Of a DNA stretch of 64,000 bases, positions 38,432 through 48,171 are shown in pieces. Origin of the DNA: Planctomycetota bacterium (lineage in GTDB: Bacteria > Planctomycetota > Phycisphaerae > FEN-1346). The first letter of the stretch is position 1; every line of letters begins with the position of its first letter. Location: the NCBI GenBank assembly GCA_030602705.1, contig JAUVZF010000009.1, positions 94 to 64,093 of the forward strand, written 5' to 3'. Both the position numbers and the translations under genes were made by a program. The notes below the pieces were generated by a model. That model made no database searches, was not told where the DNA came from, and saw only the letters and a program-made list of their open reading frames with translations.

Positions 38432-39166
38432 ATGGCTAAGCCGTCTCCGCCTGAACCGGCCGAGACGCCACGGGCGCCGAAACGCAGACCCACGTACAGC
38501 CGGTTGGCCCTCGCCAGCCTCATCTGCGGCGTCTGCGGGGCGCTGTTGGTTACTACCGGGCTGCCGGCGTGGGGGTTGGCGCTCATCGGCATCCTTGGAC
38601 TCGTTCTGGGTGTGGCTGCTGTCGTCCAGGTTTTTCGCAGCCTGGGTCTGGTCAGCGGCTACATGAGCGCCATTCTGGGCATCGTGCTCTGCGGTCTGTG
38701 CGTGGTCGATGCGCTGACCGTCACCGACATGCCCCCCCATATCGAACTCGATATCCAGAACAACCTTTCGCAGTTATGCAGGGGGGCGCTGGCATACGCG
38801 ACGGACCATGAAGGCAGATTCCCGCCCGCAGACTCCTGGCACGAAGTCTTCATGGCGGAGAAGTACCTGGGCGACGACTCGGTCTTCCAGGACCCCCGCA
38901 ACCCGGACGCGGGCCGGGCGTACGCGATGAACGCCCATCTGACCGCCGTGCGCCTGGAACAGGTGCAGCACCATCCGCGGATGGTTGCCTTTTTCGAGTG
39001 CGCGCCGGGGAGCCCGCCCTCCGGCGGTCGCGAACTCCTGTCTCCTGAGCCTCCACATCGCGGCGGCTACCTCTTCGGCATGGTCGACGGGCATGTGGAG
39101 TGGGTCCCGCGGGACGAACTCGACAACCTGATCTGGGACCCGAGGGGGGAAGGGCCAGACAACTAG
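38432..39166 (+). CDS. paralog: DUF4190-like N-terminus + H-X9-DG domain protein
   Basis: FFECAPGSPPSGGRELL...HRGGYLFGMVDG. Confidence 0.75.
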   Translation: MAKPSPPEPAETPRAPKRRPTYSRLALASLICGVCGALLVTTGLPAWGLALIGILGLVLGVAAVVQVFRSLGLVSGYMSAILGIVLCGLCVVDALTVTDMPPHIELDIQNNLSQLCRGALAYATDHEGRFPPADSWHEVFMAEKYLGDDSVFQDPRNPDAGRAYAMNAHLTAVRLEQVQHHPRMVAFFECAPGSPPSGGRELLSPEPPHRGGYLFGMVDGHVEWVPRDELDNLIWDPRGEGPDN

Positions 39167-39531
39167 CGTCGGCTCCGCCCGCAGCGCGAAGGCTTCCGCG
39201 GCGTTCGTCATTCGTTATTCGTCATTCGACATTCGCCGTAAGGCGGTCTCCCTCCCCCCACAACTTGTGGGTGAAGCGAAAAAAACCACAAAATTGTGCT
39301 TGACACCTTCTCGACGGGCGGCAGAATGGCGCTTGAGAGTGGTTCGCCCGGGCCGGTAAGCCGGTTTCACGTCGTTGCGGGTCGCCTGGCCCACAGGGGT
39401 TGCAGTAGAGGCCGAAAGGCGTTTCGCGCCTGACATGTTTCGCGCAGCGGCCACGCGCACTCGTACTGTGGGCTTGCGGCAATTGTTCCGGGAACACGAT
39501 GGGGGCTTGGTAACGAAAGGAGCGCCGAGTC

Positions 39532-40077
39532 ATGCAGCCAATCTCGAAAGGGTTTTATCTGGGGTCGATCATAGGCGGGATCGCCGTTGGCGTCTTGCTG
39601 GTCGGTATAGGCTTGGCGGTGGCCCAGGCGGAGGAAGAGGCCGGAGGCGCCCTCGTGGCCATAAGCTACCTCCCCATGATCTACTCCATGGTCATCATGT
39701 ACGTCCTGATCTACAAGATCTGGGCGGCCATCCAGGGCCCCACTGCCCGGACCACGCCCGGCAAGGCCGTGGGATTCATGTTCATCCCATTCTTCAACTT
39801 CTACTGGATCTTTCAGGTCATCTGGGGATGGACGAAGGACTACAACGCCTTGATCGTCCAGAGGGGCATCAGCGGCCCCCGGGCGCCCGAAGGCCTGGGC
39901 CTGGCGACGTGCATAATTGCGATCATACCGTGCGTCAGCGTCATCACGCCCATCCTGATGCTGATCTTCTACAACGCGGCCATTGACGGCGCGAACGTCG
40001 TGATAGCGGCCGGAGCCCAGGCGCCCGCCGTCGGCGCGCCGCCTCCGCTGCCCGAGCCGCCGGCCCAGAACATTTGA
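39532..40077 (+). CDS. hypothetical polytopic membrane protein (DUF4328-like)
   Basis: 181 aa with four hydrophobic segments. Confidence 0.55.
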   Translation: MQPISKGFYLGSIIGGIAVGVLLVGIGLAVAQAEEEAGGALVAISYLPMIYSMVIMYVLIYKIWAAIQGPTARTTPGKAVGFMFIPFFNFYWIFQVIWGWTKDYNALIVQRGISGPRAPEGLGLATCIIAIIPCVSVITPILMLIFYNAAIDGANVVIAAGAQAPAVGAPPPLPEPPAQNI

Positions 40078-40371
40078 CCGAAGGACGTGGCGGCACCGTC
40101 GCAAGCCGCCGGGAAAAACAGCGCTAGGAACTCTTCCAGGCGCCCGTGAGGGTATCCCCCCACTCTCGCGGGTGCCGTCTTGCGCGCATGTAGGCCGGGG
40201 CGTGCCCCGGCAGGACAGGGGAAACCGCGAAGGACGCGAAGAACGCAGAGAACGGCCAGCGGCTGGTCAACAGCATATAGGCCGGGGCGTGCCCCGGCCT
40301 ACGTATGGCAGGCCCGTCGCACACGGCGAAAAAAAAAGCACGGCCCGTACGGGCCGTGGCACACGCGGTGG

Positions 40372-40605
40372 GTCGCGGCTCGGGGCTGTTTATCGGAGCC
40401 GCGAGCGCGAGCGAGCGGGCTCGGGCGCGACCCTCCCTTCGGTCGCGGGTCGGGTCTCGGGTGTCGCGTCTCGAATCTGGTTGGTCGCGTCTCGGGGCTG
40501 TTTATCGGAGCCGCGAGCGCGAGCGAGCGGGCTCGGGCGCGACCCTCCCTTCGGTCGCGTCTCGGGTCTCGGGTGTCGCGTCTCGGATGTGGTCGGTCGC
40601 GTCTC
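40372..40605. repeat. ~118-bp tandem repeat x2 in a repeat-rich convergent intergenic region (also GGCCGGGGCGTGCCCCGGCC x2 and CACGGCCCGTACGGGCCGTG hairpins at 40190-40365)
   Basis: Duplicated unit tcgcggctcggggctgtttatcggagccgcgagcgcgagcgagcgggctcgggcgcgaccctcccttcggtcgcg... Confidence 0.8.
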
Positions 40606-40623
40606 GGATGTGGTTGGCGGCGG

Positions 40624-41574
40624 CTACTCCGCCAGTTCCAGCATCTTATTGTAAAACTCGCGGTACTCGTCGCGCTGGTCGGTCTTGAGGCACGCCATGG
40701 CGGCGCGGGGGTGCTGGTTCAGGATGCCGGTAATCATGTAGGGTACCATATAGCCCCACTCGAGTTCCTTCTGCAGGGGCCGGATCGTCTCGACCACGCA
40801 ATCGAGGACCGGCCGCAGGTCGAACTTCGGGTTCTTCAGAAACCCCAGCAGCAGTTCCATCGGGCAGTTGCCTGCCGCGCGGCCGAGGCCGTAAATCGTC
40901 CCGTCAACGAAGTTGGCGTTCTTGATGATGCCCTCGATGGTGTTGGCGAAGGCCAACTGCTGATTGTTGTGCATGTGGACGCCCACCTCGCAACTCGGGA
41001 CGATTCGCTGATACTTCTGGACCAGGTAATGCACCTGCTCGCTGTAGAGCGCCCCGAACGAATCGACGACGTAACAGGCGACGACGTGGGCCTCCTTTTC
41101 CACCTGCTCCAGGGCCGGGTCGAGTTCCCAGTCCGACTCGGTCGAGATGGCCATGACGTTGATCGTGGTCTCGTACCCCCGCTCGTGGGCCACGTTCTCG
41201 ATGGCGATCGCCTTGTCGATGTCCTTGACGTAGGTGGCGATGCGGATGGTATCGACCACCGATTCGTCGGCCGGGATGATGTCGTTGGGGTCCGACTTGT
41301 GGGCGTCCATCATGACCGAGATCCTGGTGCCGGGGTTCTCGATGCCGTCGGTGGCCGCACGCAGGTCCTTCTCGTCGCAGAACCGCCACGGGCCGAACTC
41401 CTTCGGATCGAACATCTCCTTGGAGTTGCGGTAACCCAGTTCGACGTAATCGATGTGTGCCTGGCAGCAGGCCTCATAGACCGCCCGGACGGTCTGGAGT
41501 TCGAAATGCGAATCGTTCGCCAGCCCGCCGTCGCGGATCGTGCAGTCGAGTACCTTGATCTGGGGACGAAACAC
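40624..41574 (-). CDS. HMGL-like (pyruvate carboxyltransferase) family aldolase/synthase (4-hydroxy-2-oxovalerate aldolase / 2-isopropylmalate-synthase-like)
   Basis: IKVLDCTIRDGG N-terminus. TIM-barrel motifs HMHNN. Confidence 0.65.
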   Translation of the reverse strand: MFRPQIKVLDCTIRDGGLANDSHFELQTVRAVYEACCQAHIDYVELGYRNSKEMFDPKEFGPWRFCDEKDLRAATDGIENPGTRISVMMDAHKSDPNDIIPADESVVDTIRIATYVKDIDKAIAIENVAHERGYETTINVMAISTESDWELDPALEQVEKEAHVVACYVVDSFGALYSEQVHYLVQKYQRIVPSCEVGVHMHNNQQLAFANTIEGIIKNANFVDGTIYGLGRAAGNCPMELLLGFLKNPKFDLRPVLDCVVETIRPLQKELEWGYMVPYMITGILNQHPRAAMACLKTDQRDEYREFYNKMLELAE

Positions 41575-41623
41575 CGCTGTTCACCTCCGTTTCGCAAGGG
41601 CCGTCGGTCACCGCGGCGACCCG

Positions 41624-41735
41624 CCGCAAGGCCGTGCCTTTCAGTGGCGCCGCCCGCAAGCGGGCCGCAGTGTGCGGCACGAGCGGGGCATTATACACAC
41701 CATCGGCAATCGAGTGAAGGAAATGTAGCGAACAC
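41624..41735 (-). promoter_or_regulatory. ~112-bp conserved promoter/leader module, copy 1 (minus-strand sense: TTCACT-17-TATAAT then GC hairpin), immediately 5' of the HMGL-like gene
   Basis: ~95% identical to 43390..43501, which sits 5' of the BNR gene. Confidence 0.6.
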
Positions 41736-41819
41736 CCGACGATGATCGGCCCGGACCGGCAGCACCGGCCGCCGGGCGGAAAGGGGATGCGTTCTGAAGG
41801 CAGACCCGGCCGCTACGGA

Positions 41820-41929
41820 CTAAGCAGGAGCGAGAAAGTGTTTCCGAACAGCCGTAGCGCCGGGGTTTATCCCCGGCGTGGAACCGCCGTCGGCCTGACG
41901 GGCGGCCGCCCGTACGGGCGCTACAACCT
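41820..41929. repeat. 110-bp GGGGATAAACCCC MITE-like element, copy C (inverted relative to copy B)
   Basis: Reverse complement matches 9935..10044 at ~95%. Confidence 0.8.
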
Positions 41930-41968
41930 TGGGTCCACGCCAAGTCAGCCGCCGAATTCGGATTGACT

Positions 41969-43339
41969 TCATCGCTCCTGCTTAGCGACGGGCTCGAGAA
42001 ACTCGTACAGACGCAGCATATTCGGTTCGGGGAGCGGGGGCTTGCGCGGCCGGTCGCGGTTCGCCGGCAGCGTCTCCCACCGGAGGGCATATCGGATGCC
42101 GGGCGCGCCGCCCGAACCGGAATCCCCGGCCCATCGGACCTCGAGCCCCGGAAACGCGGACTCGACCTTCCCCAGTTGCTTCGGGCGCGGCCGGCCGCCC
42201 CGGTACGGGTCCGTATGGACAGGCGACCGCCCGATGTGCCTGAGCGTCGCCTCATCGACCAGGAAAAGCCCCGACCCGCGCTTGACGTGCCGGCAGGACT
42301 GGACCAGTTTGCCCTCGGGCGTGACGCGGACGCCGCCGATTCGCACCTCAGACACGATGGCCCCACCGCCGCGGAAGTCCCAGCGGTAATCCCAGTCGGT
42401 GGCCCGAGCGATCCGCCACCGGCCGCCCTCCAGCCGCGCGTTATACAACTGCGTCTTGCCCTCGGCGTCGAACTTGTGGTAACTGACGATGACGCGCCGC
42501 TTCGAGTCGAAACCCAGCACCACGTTGCCGTTGATGACACCCCCGCCAGGCGGAACCGGATCGACGATCAGGCCGGGCGTCTCGACGGTCATCGGCAGCC
42601 GAACCGTCCGGCCGGCAGCCGTCTCCCAACGGCGAAGATCCTTGCTCCGCGCGTACGACGGGTCGTGGTTGGTCGCGCAGTCGGGCGTATCGCGCCAGAC
42701 CCAGCATAAATGGAAGTACCCGTCGGGGCCCTTCACCGGCCCGTGGAGGTACGCGTTCATCCTGCCCCGACCGTCGGTCAGGGGCGAATCGAGCATGCGG
42801 CGCCACGCTTGCTTTTCGTGATCGTACACATTGTAGATCTGGTCGCCGTTTCCGCTGCCCCCGTCGCGGTAGGTGAAGATGAGTTCGTTGTCCGGGCCGC
42901 GGAAGAATCGCGGATACGTAACCCGTTTCTCCCGGGCGCCCACCATCCGGTCGACCCGCTCGAAGGCCGTGATGTCGTGCGGCCGCGCGGTCCGGAAATA
43001 CTTGAGCGGCGCGCCGTGCATGTTGCCGCTCAGGTGGACGTGCCCGTCATCGTCGACAGCCATGCGGACGGAGTTGTGGCTGTCCCAGCCGACCTTCTCC
43101 GGCAGGCGGACCAGTTGGAACCGGTCGGCCTCCAGCGTGCGTGCGCCTACGGTCATACGCCGCTCGGCATCGTAGAAGGCAACGTACTGCCGGCCGCCGT
43201 GGGTCAGGAGGTGGAATCCGACCGGATGCCCCGCCCAGACGGTGGCGATGTCGATGGTGCGTCGGATCTCGACTTCCGCCGCCGCCGGCACGGTTACCTG
43301 CGCCAGTGTCACTACCACGACAAAAACCATGATTCGCAT
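41969..43339 (-). CDS. secreted BNR-repeat-containing family protein (sialidase/glycosidase-like beta-propeller)
   Basis: Signal MRIMVFVVVVTLAQVTVPAAA. SxDxGxTW-like motifs. Confidence 0.55.
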   Translation of the reverse strand: MRIMVFVVVVTLAQVTVPAAAEVEIRRTIDIATVWAGHPVGFHLLTHGGRQYVAFYDAERRMTVGARTLEADRFQLVRLPEKVGWDSHNSVRMAVDDDGHVHLSGNMHGAPLKYFRTARPHDITAFERVDRMVGAREKRVTYPRFFRGPDNELIFTYRDGGSGNGDQIYNVYDHEKQAWRRMLDSPLTDGRGRMNAYLHGPVKGPDGYFHLCWVWRDTPDCATNHDPSYARSKDLRRWETAAGRTVRLPMTVETPGLIVDPVPPGGGVINGNVVLGFDSKRRVIVSYHKFDAEGKTQLYNARLEGGRWRIARATDWDYRWDFRGGGAIVSEVRIGGVRVTPEGKLVQSCRHVKRGSGLFLVDEATLRHIGRSPVHTDPYRGGRPRPKQLGKVESAFPGLEVRWAGDSGSGGAPGIRYALRWETLPANRDRPRKPPLPEPNMLRLYEFLEPVAKQER

Positions 43340-43389
43340 CAGAGTTCCCCTGCCCGCCGCAAGTCGAACGCCGCCGGCCCGCCCGGCCG

Positions 43390-43501
43390 CCGCAAGGCCT
43401 TACCTTTCAGTGGCGCCGCCCGCAAGCGGGCCGCAGTGTGCGGCACGAGCGGAGCATTATACACACCATCGGCAATCGAGTGAAGGAAATGTAGCGAACA
43501 C
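43390..43501 (-). promoter_or_regulatory. ~112-bp conserved promoter/leader module, copy 2, immediately 5' of the BNR-repeat gene
   Basis: See copy 1 (41624..41735). Confidence 0.6.
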
Positions 43502-43522
43502 GGCCGCTGGGGGCCGGGCCCC

Positions 43523-45265
43523 TCACGCGCCGCGTCCGGGCACGCGCACCTCGGCCAGGGTCCGTTCGACCTCTTCCTCTTTCCTGGCGTCGTCCCAACC
43601 GAGCGGGGGTGCTATGACCTCGGCCAGTTCCTGGAGCACGTCACGGCGGGCGTCGCCGAGCAGGGCGATGGTGCTGCGGCGGCAGACGAGGTCCGTGAGG
43701 TGCTCGACGTATTCGTCGGCCGCGATGCGTGCAATCTCGCCGACCGTGTAATCGGGGAGCGATTCGAGCGGCCGTTCGGCCCCGGCGTCGGCCTGCGTGG
43801 CCCAGAGGCCGGCGGCGGCGCCGTAACGGTCGAGCAGGGCGGCGAGGCGCGTCTCGTCCAGGCCCGACGCCTTCGCGGCGCTCGCGATCCACGCTTCCTT
43901 CTGCCCCGCGTCGGCCGGGAAATTCCTGCCGCCGCCGATGGGCAGGTGCGCGGTCGAGCACCGCCGCTCGGCGCCCAGGCGCTCCAGGACCCGGTCGGCC
44001 GTCTGTTCGGCGAAGGCGCGGAACGTGGTCCACTTGCCGCCGATGAGATTGTAGACGGGAAACGCCCGGTCGCCGTTCCGAAGTCTGCCCGCGGCCCGAG
44101 CCGCTTTACGGCCAGGGGACCCGTTCCGGGCCGGTTCGATGGTGCGGATGCTGTGGCCGCGGCTGACGTTGGCCAGGACCTCGCCTTCGCTTGCCGGCAG
44201 CGGCCGCACACCACAGAAGGCGAACACGATGTCTTCGCGCGACACGTCGATGCCCGGAAACACGCCGCGCAGCGTCGCAAGCATGTAGTCAATCTCGTTC
44301 TGGTCGCAGGCGGCGGTGTCGGGGTCGGCCACGCGGATGTCGGTCGAGCCCATGATCACCTTGTCCATGAACGGGAAGACGATGCAGACGCGGCCGTCGG
44401 CGTGCTGATAGTAGACCATCCGCTCGCCGATCGCTTCGTGCAGCGGGCGGCAATCGATCACCAGGTGCGAGCCCTTCGTGCCGCCCATGTACCGTGTCGG
44501 CAGGCCGAGCGTCTCGTTGGTAACGTCGATCCAGCCGCCGGTCGCGTTGGCGAGGACGCGCGGCCGGACAGCGACCGTCTCGCCGGTGACCTCGTCCTCC
44601 AGGATCACGGCGCCGTCTTCGATGCCGCGCGGCCGCACGTAGTTGATCGCGCGGCAGTTGGGATTGGCGGCGCGGGCATCCTGGATGAGTTCGATACACA
44701 GGCGCTCGGCCTGGGTAATCCAGGCGTCCCAGTACGTTGCGGTGGCGGCGATGTTCGGGTTCAGCCCCGGTATGCTTCGGAGCGACTCGTCCCTGGACGT
44801 GATGAAGTGCGTGGGCGTCCGGCGGTCTTTGCGGGTAATGAAGTCGTAGAACGCCAGGCCTATCTTGACGGGCACGACGCCCCGGCTGCCCGGTGTCACG
44901 GAGAGGCCTGAGAAGATGAGCGCCGACCGGGCCAGCCCGCCGAGATACGAGAACAGCGGCATGGTCGTCTTCAGCGGCGAGACGTAATGCGGCGCGTTCT
45001 CGAGCAGGCGGTTGCGTTCGAAGAGCGCTTCGCGGACCAGTTGGAACTCGCGGTTCTCCAGGTACCGGAGCCCCCCGTGGATCATCCGCGACGATTTGGA
45101 ACTCGCCCCGGCGACGAAGTCCGACTTGTCCACCAGCAGGCAGTCCACGCCCTGAAGCGCCAGTTCCCTGAACAACCCCGTCCCGTTCACACCGCCGCCC
45201 AGGATCAGGACGGGGACCTCGGGGTTCGCGCGGATGCCTTGGAGGGTTTGTTCTCGCGGGTTCAT
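43523..45265 (-). CDS. glpD: FAD-dependent glycerol-3-phosphate dehydrogenase
   Basis: VLILGGGVNGTG...SSKSSRMIHGGLRYL, ~580 aa. Confidence 0.8.
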   Translation of the reverse strand: MNPREQTLQGIRANPEVPVLILGGGVNGTGLFRELALQGVDCLLVDKSDFVAGASSKSSRMIHGGLRYLENREFQLVREALFERNRLLENAPHYVSPLKTTMPLFSYLGGLARSALIFSGLSVTPGSRGVVPVKIGLAFYDFITRKDRRTPTHFITSRDESLRSIPGLNPNIAATATYWDAWITQAERLCIELIQDARAANPNCRAINYVRPRGIEDGAVILEDEVTGETVAVRPRVLANATGGWIDVTNETLGLPTRYMGGTKGSHLVIDCRPLHEAIGERMVYYQHADGRVCIVFPFMDKVIMGSTDIRVADPDTAACDQNEIDYMLATLRGVFPGIDVSREDIVFAFCGVRPLPASEGEVLANVSRGHSIRTIEPARNGSPGRKAARAAGRLRNGDRAFPVYNLIGGKWTTFRAFAEQTADRVLERLGAERRCSTAHLPIGGGRNFPADAGQKEAWIASAAKASGLDETRLAALLDRYGAAAGLWATQADAGAERPLESLPDYTVGEIARIAADEYVEHLTDLVCRRSTIALLGDARRDVLQELAEVIAPPLGWDDARKEEEVERTLAEVRVPGRGA

Positions 45266-45400
45266 CTGCGTGGCTCGGTTAGCACAGGGAACGATACGGT
45301 CTTGCGCGGCGGGTCTCCGTACCCGCCGCGCTGCAGCCAAACGCGGTGGGTCAGGAGACCCACCGCGCGAGTCTCGGTCCGAACTGCGGCCTCGCCGCGC

Positions 45401-46948
45401 TCACGACGCCGCCAGGTCGGCAAGCGACGCGCTGATCTGCTTCAGCGACGGGTAGACCTGCCGGTAGACCTCGAACCGCTCGGCGTACGTCTCGGCGAGA
45501 CGGGCGTTGGGCTCGTACACGGGGCCGGGTCTGCGGACCTTCTCGAAGGCGTGGAGTTCGTCGTTGTAGATGCCGACGCCGATGCCGGCGAGCATGGCGG
45601 CGCCGAGCGGCGTGGCCTCCTCAATCTGCGGCGCCTCGACCGGCACGCCGGACACGTCGGCCTTGTTCTGCATCCAGAACGTGTTGCGTGTGGCGCCGCC
45701 GACGGCAACGATGCGCTCGGCCGTCAGCCCCAGGCCGCCCTCGACGGCCCGGAGGATATCGAGGAACTGGTAATCGAGCCCCTCGAAGATGGCGCGGATC
45801 ATCTCTGCCTTCGTGGTCATGCTGCGAAGCCCGACGAACGCCCCGCGCGACTTCGGATCGACCACCGGACACGTGCTGCCCGAGAGGTGCGGCAGAAAGA
45901 GGAGCCCGCCCGCCCCCGGCGGCGCTTCCTTGGCCGCGCCGATGAGGTAGTCCCAGTCGGTCCCGCCTTCGGTTTCGTTCCGATGCGATTCCGCCAGGCC
46001 GTACTCCTTGCGGAACCATTCGAGGCACTCGCCCGCCGGCGTGCTCGCCCACGCCGCCCACGTGCCGCGAGCCACGTGCGCCTGGACCGTCAGGCCGGTC
46101 TGCCTCAGTTGCGGCGTCAGGACGGGCTCGGGCTTCGAGGCCGAGACGATCTCCCACGTGCCCGTCACGTCGAGGACGACGCCCGGCCGGAACGCCCCCA
46201 CGGGCAGGTTGCCGCACAGATGGTCGTGGCCTCCGAGGACCACGGGCGTGCCGGCGGGCAGGCCCGTCGCCCGGGCGGCGTCGGCGGTTACTTCGCCCAG
46301 CACGGTGGTGCTCGGATGGGCGTCGGGCATGAGGCGCCGGTCGATGCCGGCAAGACCCAGCAGTTCATCCGACCAGTCGAGCGTTTTCTGGTCGAAGAGC
46401 ATCATGCACGACGCCATGCTGTAGTCGGTGGCCCGGCGCCGGCAGAGCATGAAGTTCAGGAAGTCTTCGATGAGGAGCCATGTGGCGGTGCGCGCGAGAA
46501 TCTCAGGCTCGTTCTCGGCCATCCACCGTATCCTGAGCGCCGCGTTGATGGCCCAGACGGGGTTGCCGCCGATGGAGAACGTCTTCTCGGCCCCGATGTT
46601 GGCGAGCCACCACTGGAGTTGCGGCTGGGTGCGCGGGTCGAGCCAACTGATGAACGGGTACAGCCACGTGCCGTCTTCGGCGATGGGCACGCCGTCCATG
46701 CCCATGCCGGTGACGGCTACGGCCTTGATGCGGGCGGGGTCGTCGAGGCGGCCGACGGCTTCGCGGAGCGCTTCGGCGGTGCCGCCCCAGATTTGCTGCG
46801 GCTGCCACACGGTCCAGTCGGGATGGTCGGTGTCCGGGTTGAAGCGTTCGGTCGGCCGCGCGCCGCCGGCGACCGCGTTGCCGTCGGTATCGTAGATGAC
46901 GGCCTTCAGGCTGGTTGAGCCGAGGTCGATGCCGACCAGGTAGTCCAT
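45401..46948 (-). CDS. FGGY-family carbohydrate kinase (glycerol/xylulose/rhamnulose-kinase-like)
   Basis: MDYLVGIDLGSTSLKAV. Second actin-like domain VAVGGATRN. Confidence 0.8.
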   Translation of the reverse strand: MDYLVGIDLGSTSLKAVIYDTDGNAVAGGARPTERFNPDTDHPDWTVWQPQQIWGGTAEALREAVGRLDDPARIKAVAVTGMGMDGVPIAEDGTWLYPFISWLDPRTQPQLQWWLANIGAEKTFSIGGNPVWAINAALRIRWMAENEPEILARTATWLLIEDFLNFMLCRRRATDYSMASCMMLFDQKTLDWSDELLGLAGIDRRLMPDAHPSTTVLGEVTADAARATGLPAGTPVVLGGHDHLCGNLPVGAFRPGVVLDVTGTWEIVSASKPEPVLTPQLRQTGLTVQAHVARGTWAAWASTPAGECLEWFRKEYGLAESHRNETEGGTDWDYLIGAAKEAPPGAGGLLFLPHLSGSTCPVVDPKSRGAFVGLRSMTTKAEMIRAIFEGLDYQFLDILRAVEGGLGLTAERIVAVGGATRNTFWMQNKADVSGVPVEAPQIEEATPLGAAMLAGIGVGIYNDELHAFEKVRRPGPVYEPNARLAETYAERFEVYRQVYPSLKQISASLADLAAS

Positions 46949-46957
46949 CGTTTCACC

Positions 46958-47117
46958 GTACCTGTTTAGCGTGCTCTCGAAGCGATGTCATTTCGACCGA
47001 GGCCGTACGGCCGAGCGGAGAAATCTCATCGTCCGCACACGCGTAACGGCGATCCCGGCGCGCCGGGACTCGACTCGCTTCGCTCGCTCGGAATGACACG
47101 CTAAACATAAACACGTA
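46958..47117 (+). mobile_element. MITE (GTACCTGTTTAGCGTG family) copy 2, 160 bp, 8-bp TSD GTTTCACC
   Basis: TSD at 46950-46957 and 47118-47125. Confidence 0.9.
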
Positions 47118-47127
47118 CGTTTCACCT

Positions 47128-48165
47128 TTACAGGGCCAGGGGATACCGGCCGTACGCCTTGAGCGTCTCGAGCATGGCCGCGTAGTTCTCGGGCCGGATG
47201 GAGGAGTGAATCGAGTTGCTCGACGAGAGGATATAGCCGCCGCCGGGGGCGCCTTGGCGGAGCGCCTCTTTCGTCGCCTCGGCGACCTCGTCGGTGGCGC
47301 CGTACACGAGTACCTCCGCACAGTCCACGTTGCCCTTGAGGGCCACGCGGTCGCCGAACCTGGCCTTGACCTGGGCCAGGTCCATGCCGCCCTGGGGGTC
47401 GATCGGGTCGAGGCAACTTATTCCGGCCTCGATCATCATGTCGATGATGGGCCGGATATTGCCGTCGCAGTGCTTGATGAACGGCAACCCCAGTTCCTTG
47501 AAGCCCGCCGCCACACGCTTCAGGCCCGGGTAGAAGAGCGTCCGGAAATGGCCCGGCGACATGAACGGCCCGGTGTTGCCGGCGTAATCGTCGCCGGTCC
47601 AGACGAAATCGGCGCCGCGCTTGGCCACCTCCCGTGCCATCTCCAGATTGATCGCCACCGACAGGGCGACGAGGGCCGTCACCAGGTCGGGCTCGGCGGC
47701 GATGGCCATGAGCAGGTTCTCCATGCCCGTCAGGTACCGCGGGATGGAGAACACGTCGTTCAGGTGAACGCCGATGGCCATCTTGCCTTTGAACTCGGCC
47801 ACGGCCTCTTCGACCGAGTCGTAGCGGCCGGGGGCGTGCGGGTCGGGCGGCGTGTAACGCTGGAAGTCGTCCATCGTCCGGATGGGCGAAGCCACCTCCA
47901 CGCCGTGCTCCTCCCTGCCGTACTCCACGACGTACCCCCACTCGGTCCGCCAGCGGTCGGGGCCGACCTGTTCCTTCGTGTAGTCGGGCGCCACGAGTAT
48001 CGCGTCGTGGCCCATGCGTACGGCGAAGTCGTTGTGGGATGTGCAGCCGGGGCAGACGGCCTCGCGCACGTTTTTGGCGATGAGCCACTCGAAGTGGGGG
48101 ACGCGGTCGGGTTCTTCGCGGCGAAGGACGCGCATGACCCGCTCGGCGCTGGTCAGTTCGGCCAT
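47128..48165 (-). CDS. uroporphyrinogen-decarboxylase (URO-D) family protein (MtaA/CmuA-like methyltransferase fold)
   Basis: 345 aa. LRREEPDRVP...GISCLDPIDP is typical of URO-D-like methyltransferases. Confidence 0.65.
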   Translation of the reverse strand: MAELTSAERVMRVLRREEPDRVPHFEWLIAKNVREAVCPGCTSHNDFAVRMGHDAILVAPDYTKEQVGPDRWRTEWGYVVEYGREEHGVEVASPIRTMDDFQRYTPPDPHAPGRYDSVEEAVAEFKGKMAIGVHLNDVFSIPRYLTGMENLLMAIAAEPDLVTALVALSVAINLEMAREVAKRGADFVWTGDDYAGNTGPFMSPGHFRTLFYPGLKRVAAGFKELGLPFIKHCDGNIRPIIDMMIEAGISCLDPIDPQGGMDLAQVKARFGDRVALKGNVDCAEVLVYGATDEVAEATKEALRQGAPGGGYILSSSNSIHSSIRPENYAAMLETLKAYGRYPLAL

Positions 48166-48171
48166 GGGGCA

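Noticed and set aside
39290-39330. Possible sigma70 promoter TTGACA-17-AGAATG upstream of 39532 membrane-protein gene
   Set aside because: The -10 hexamer is poor (3/6), so it is not reported as a feature.
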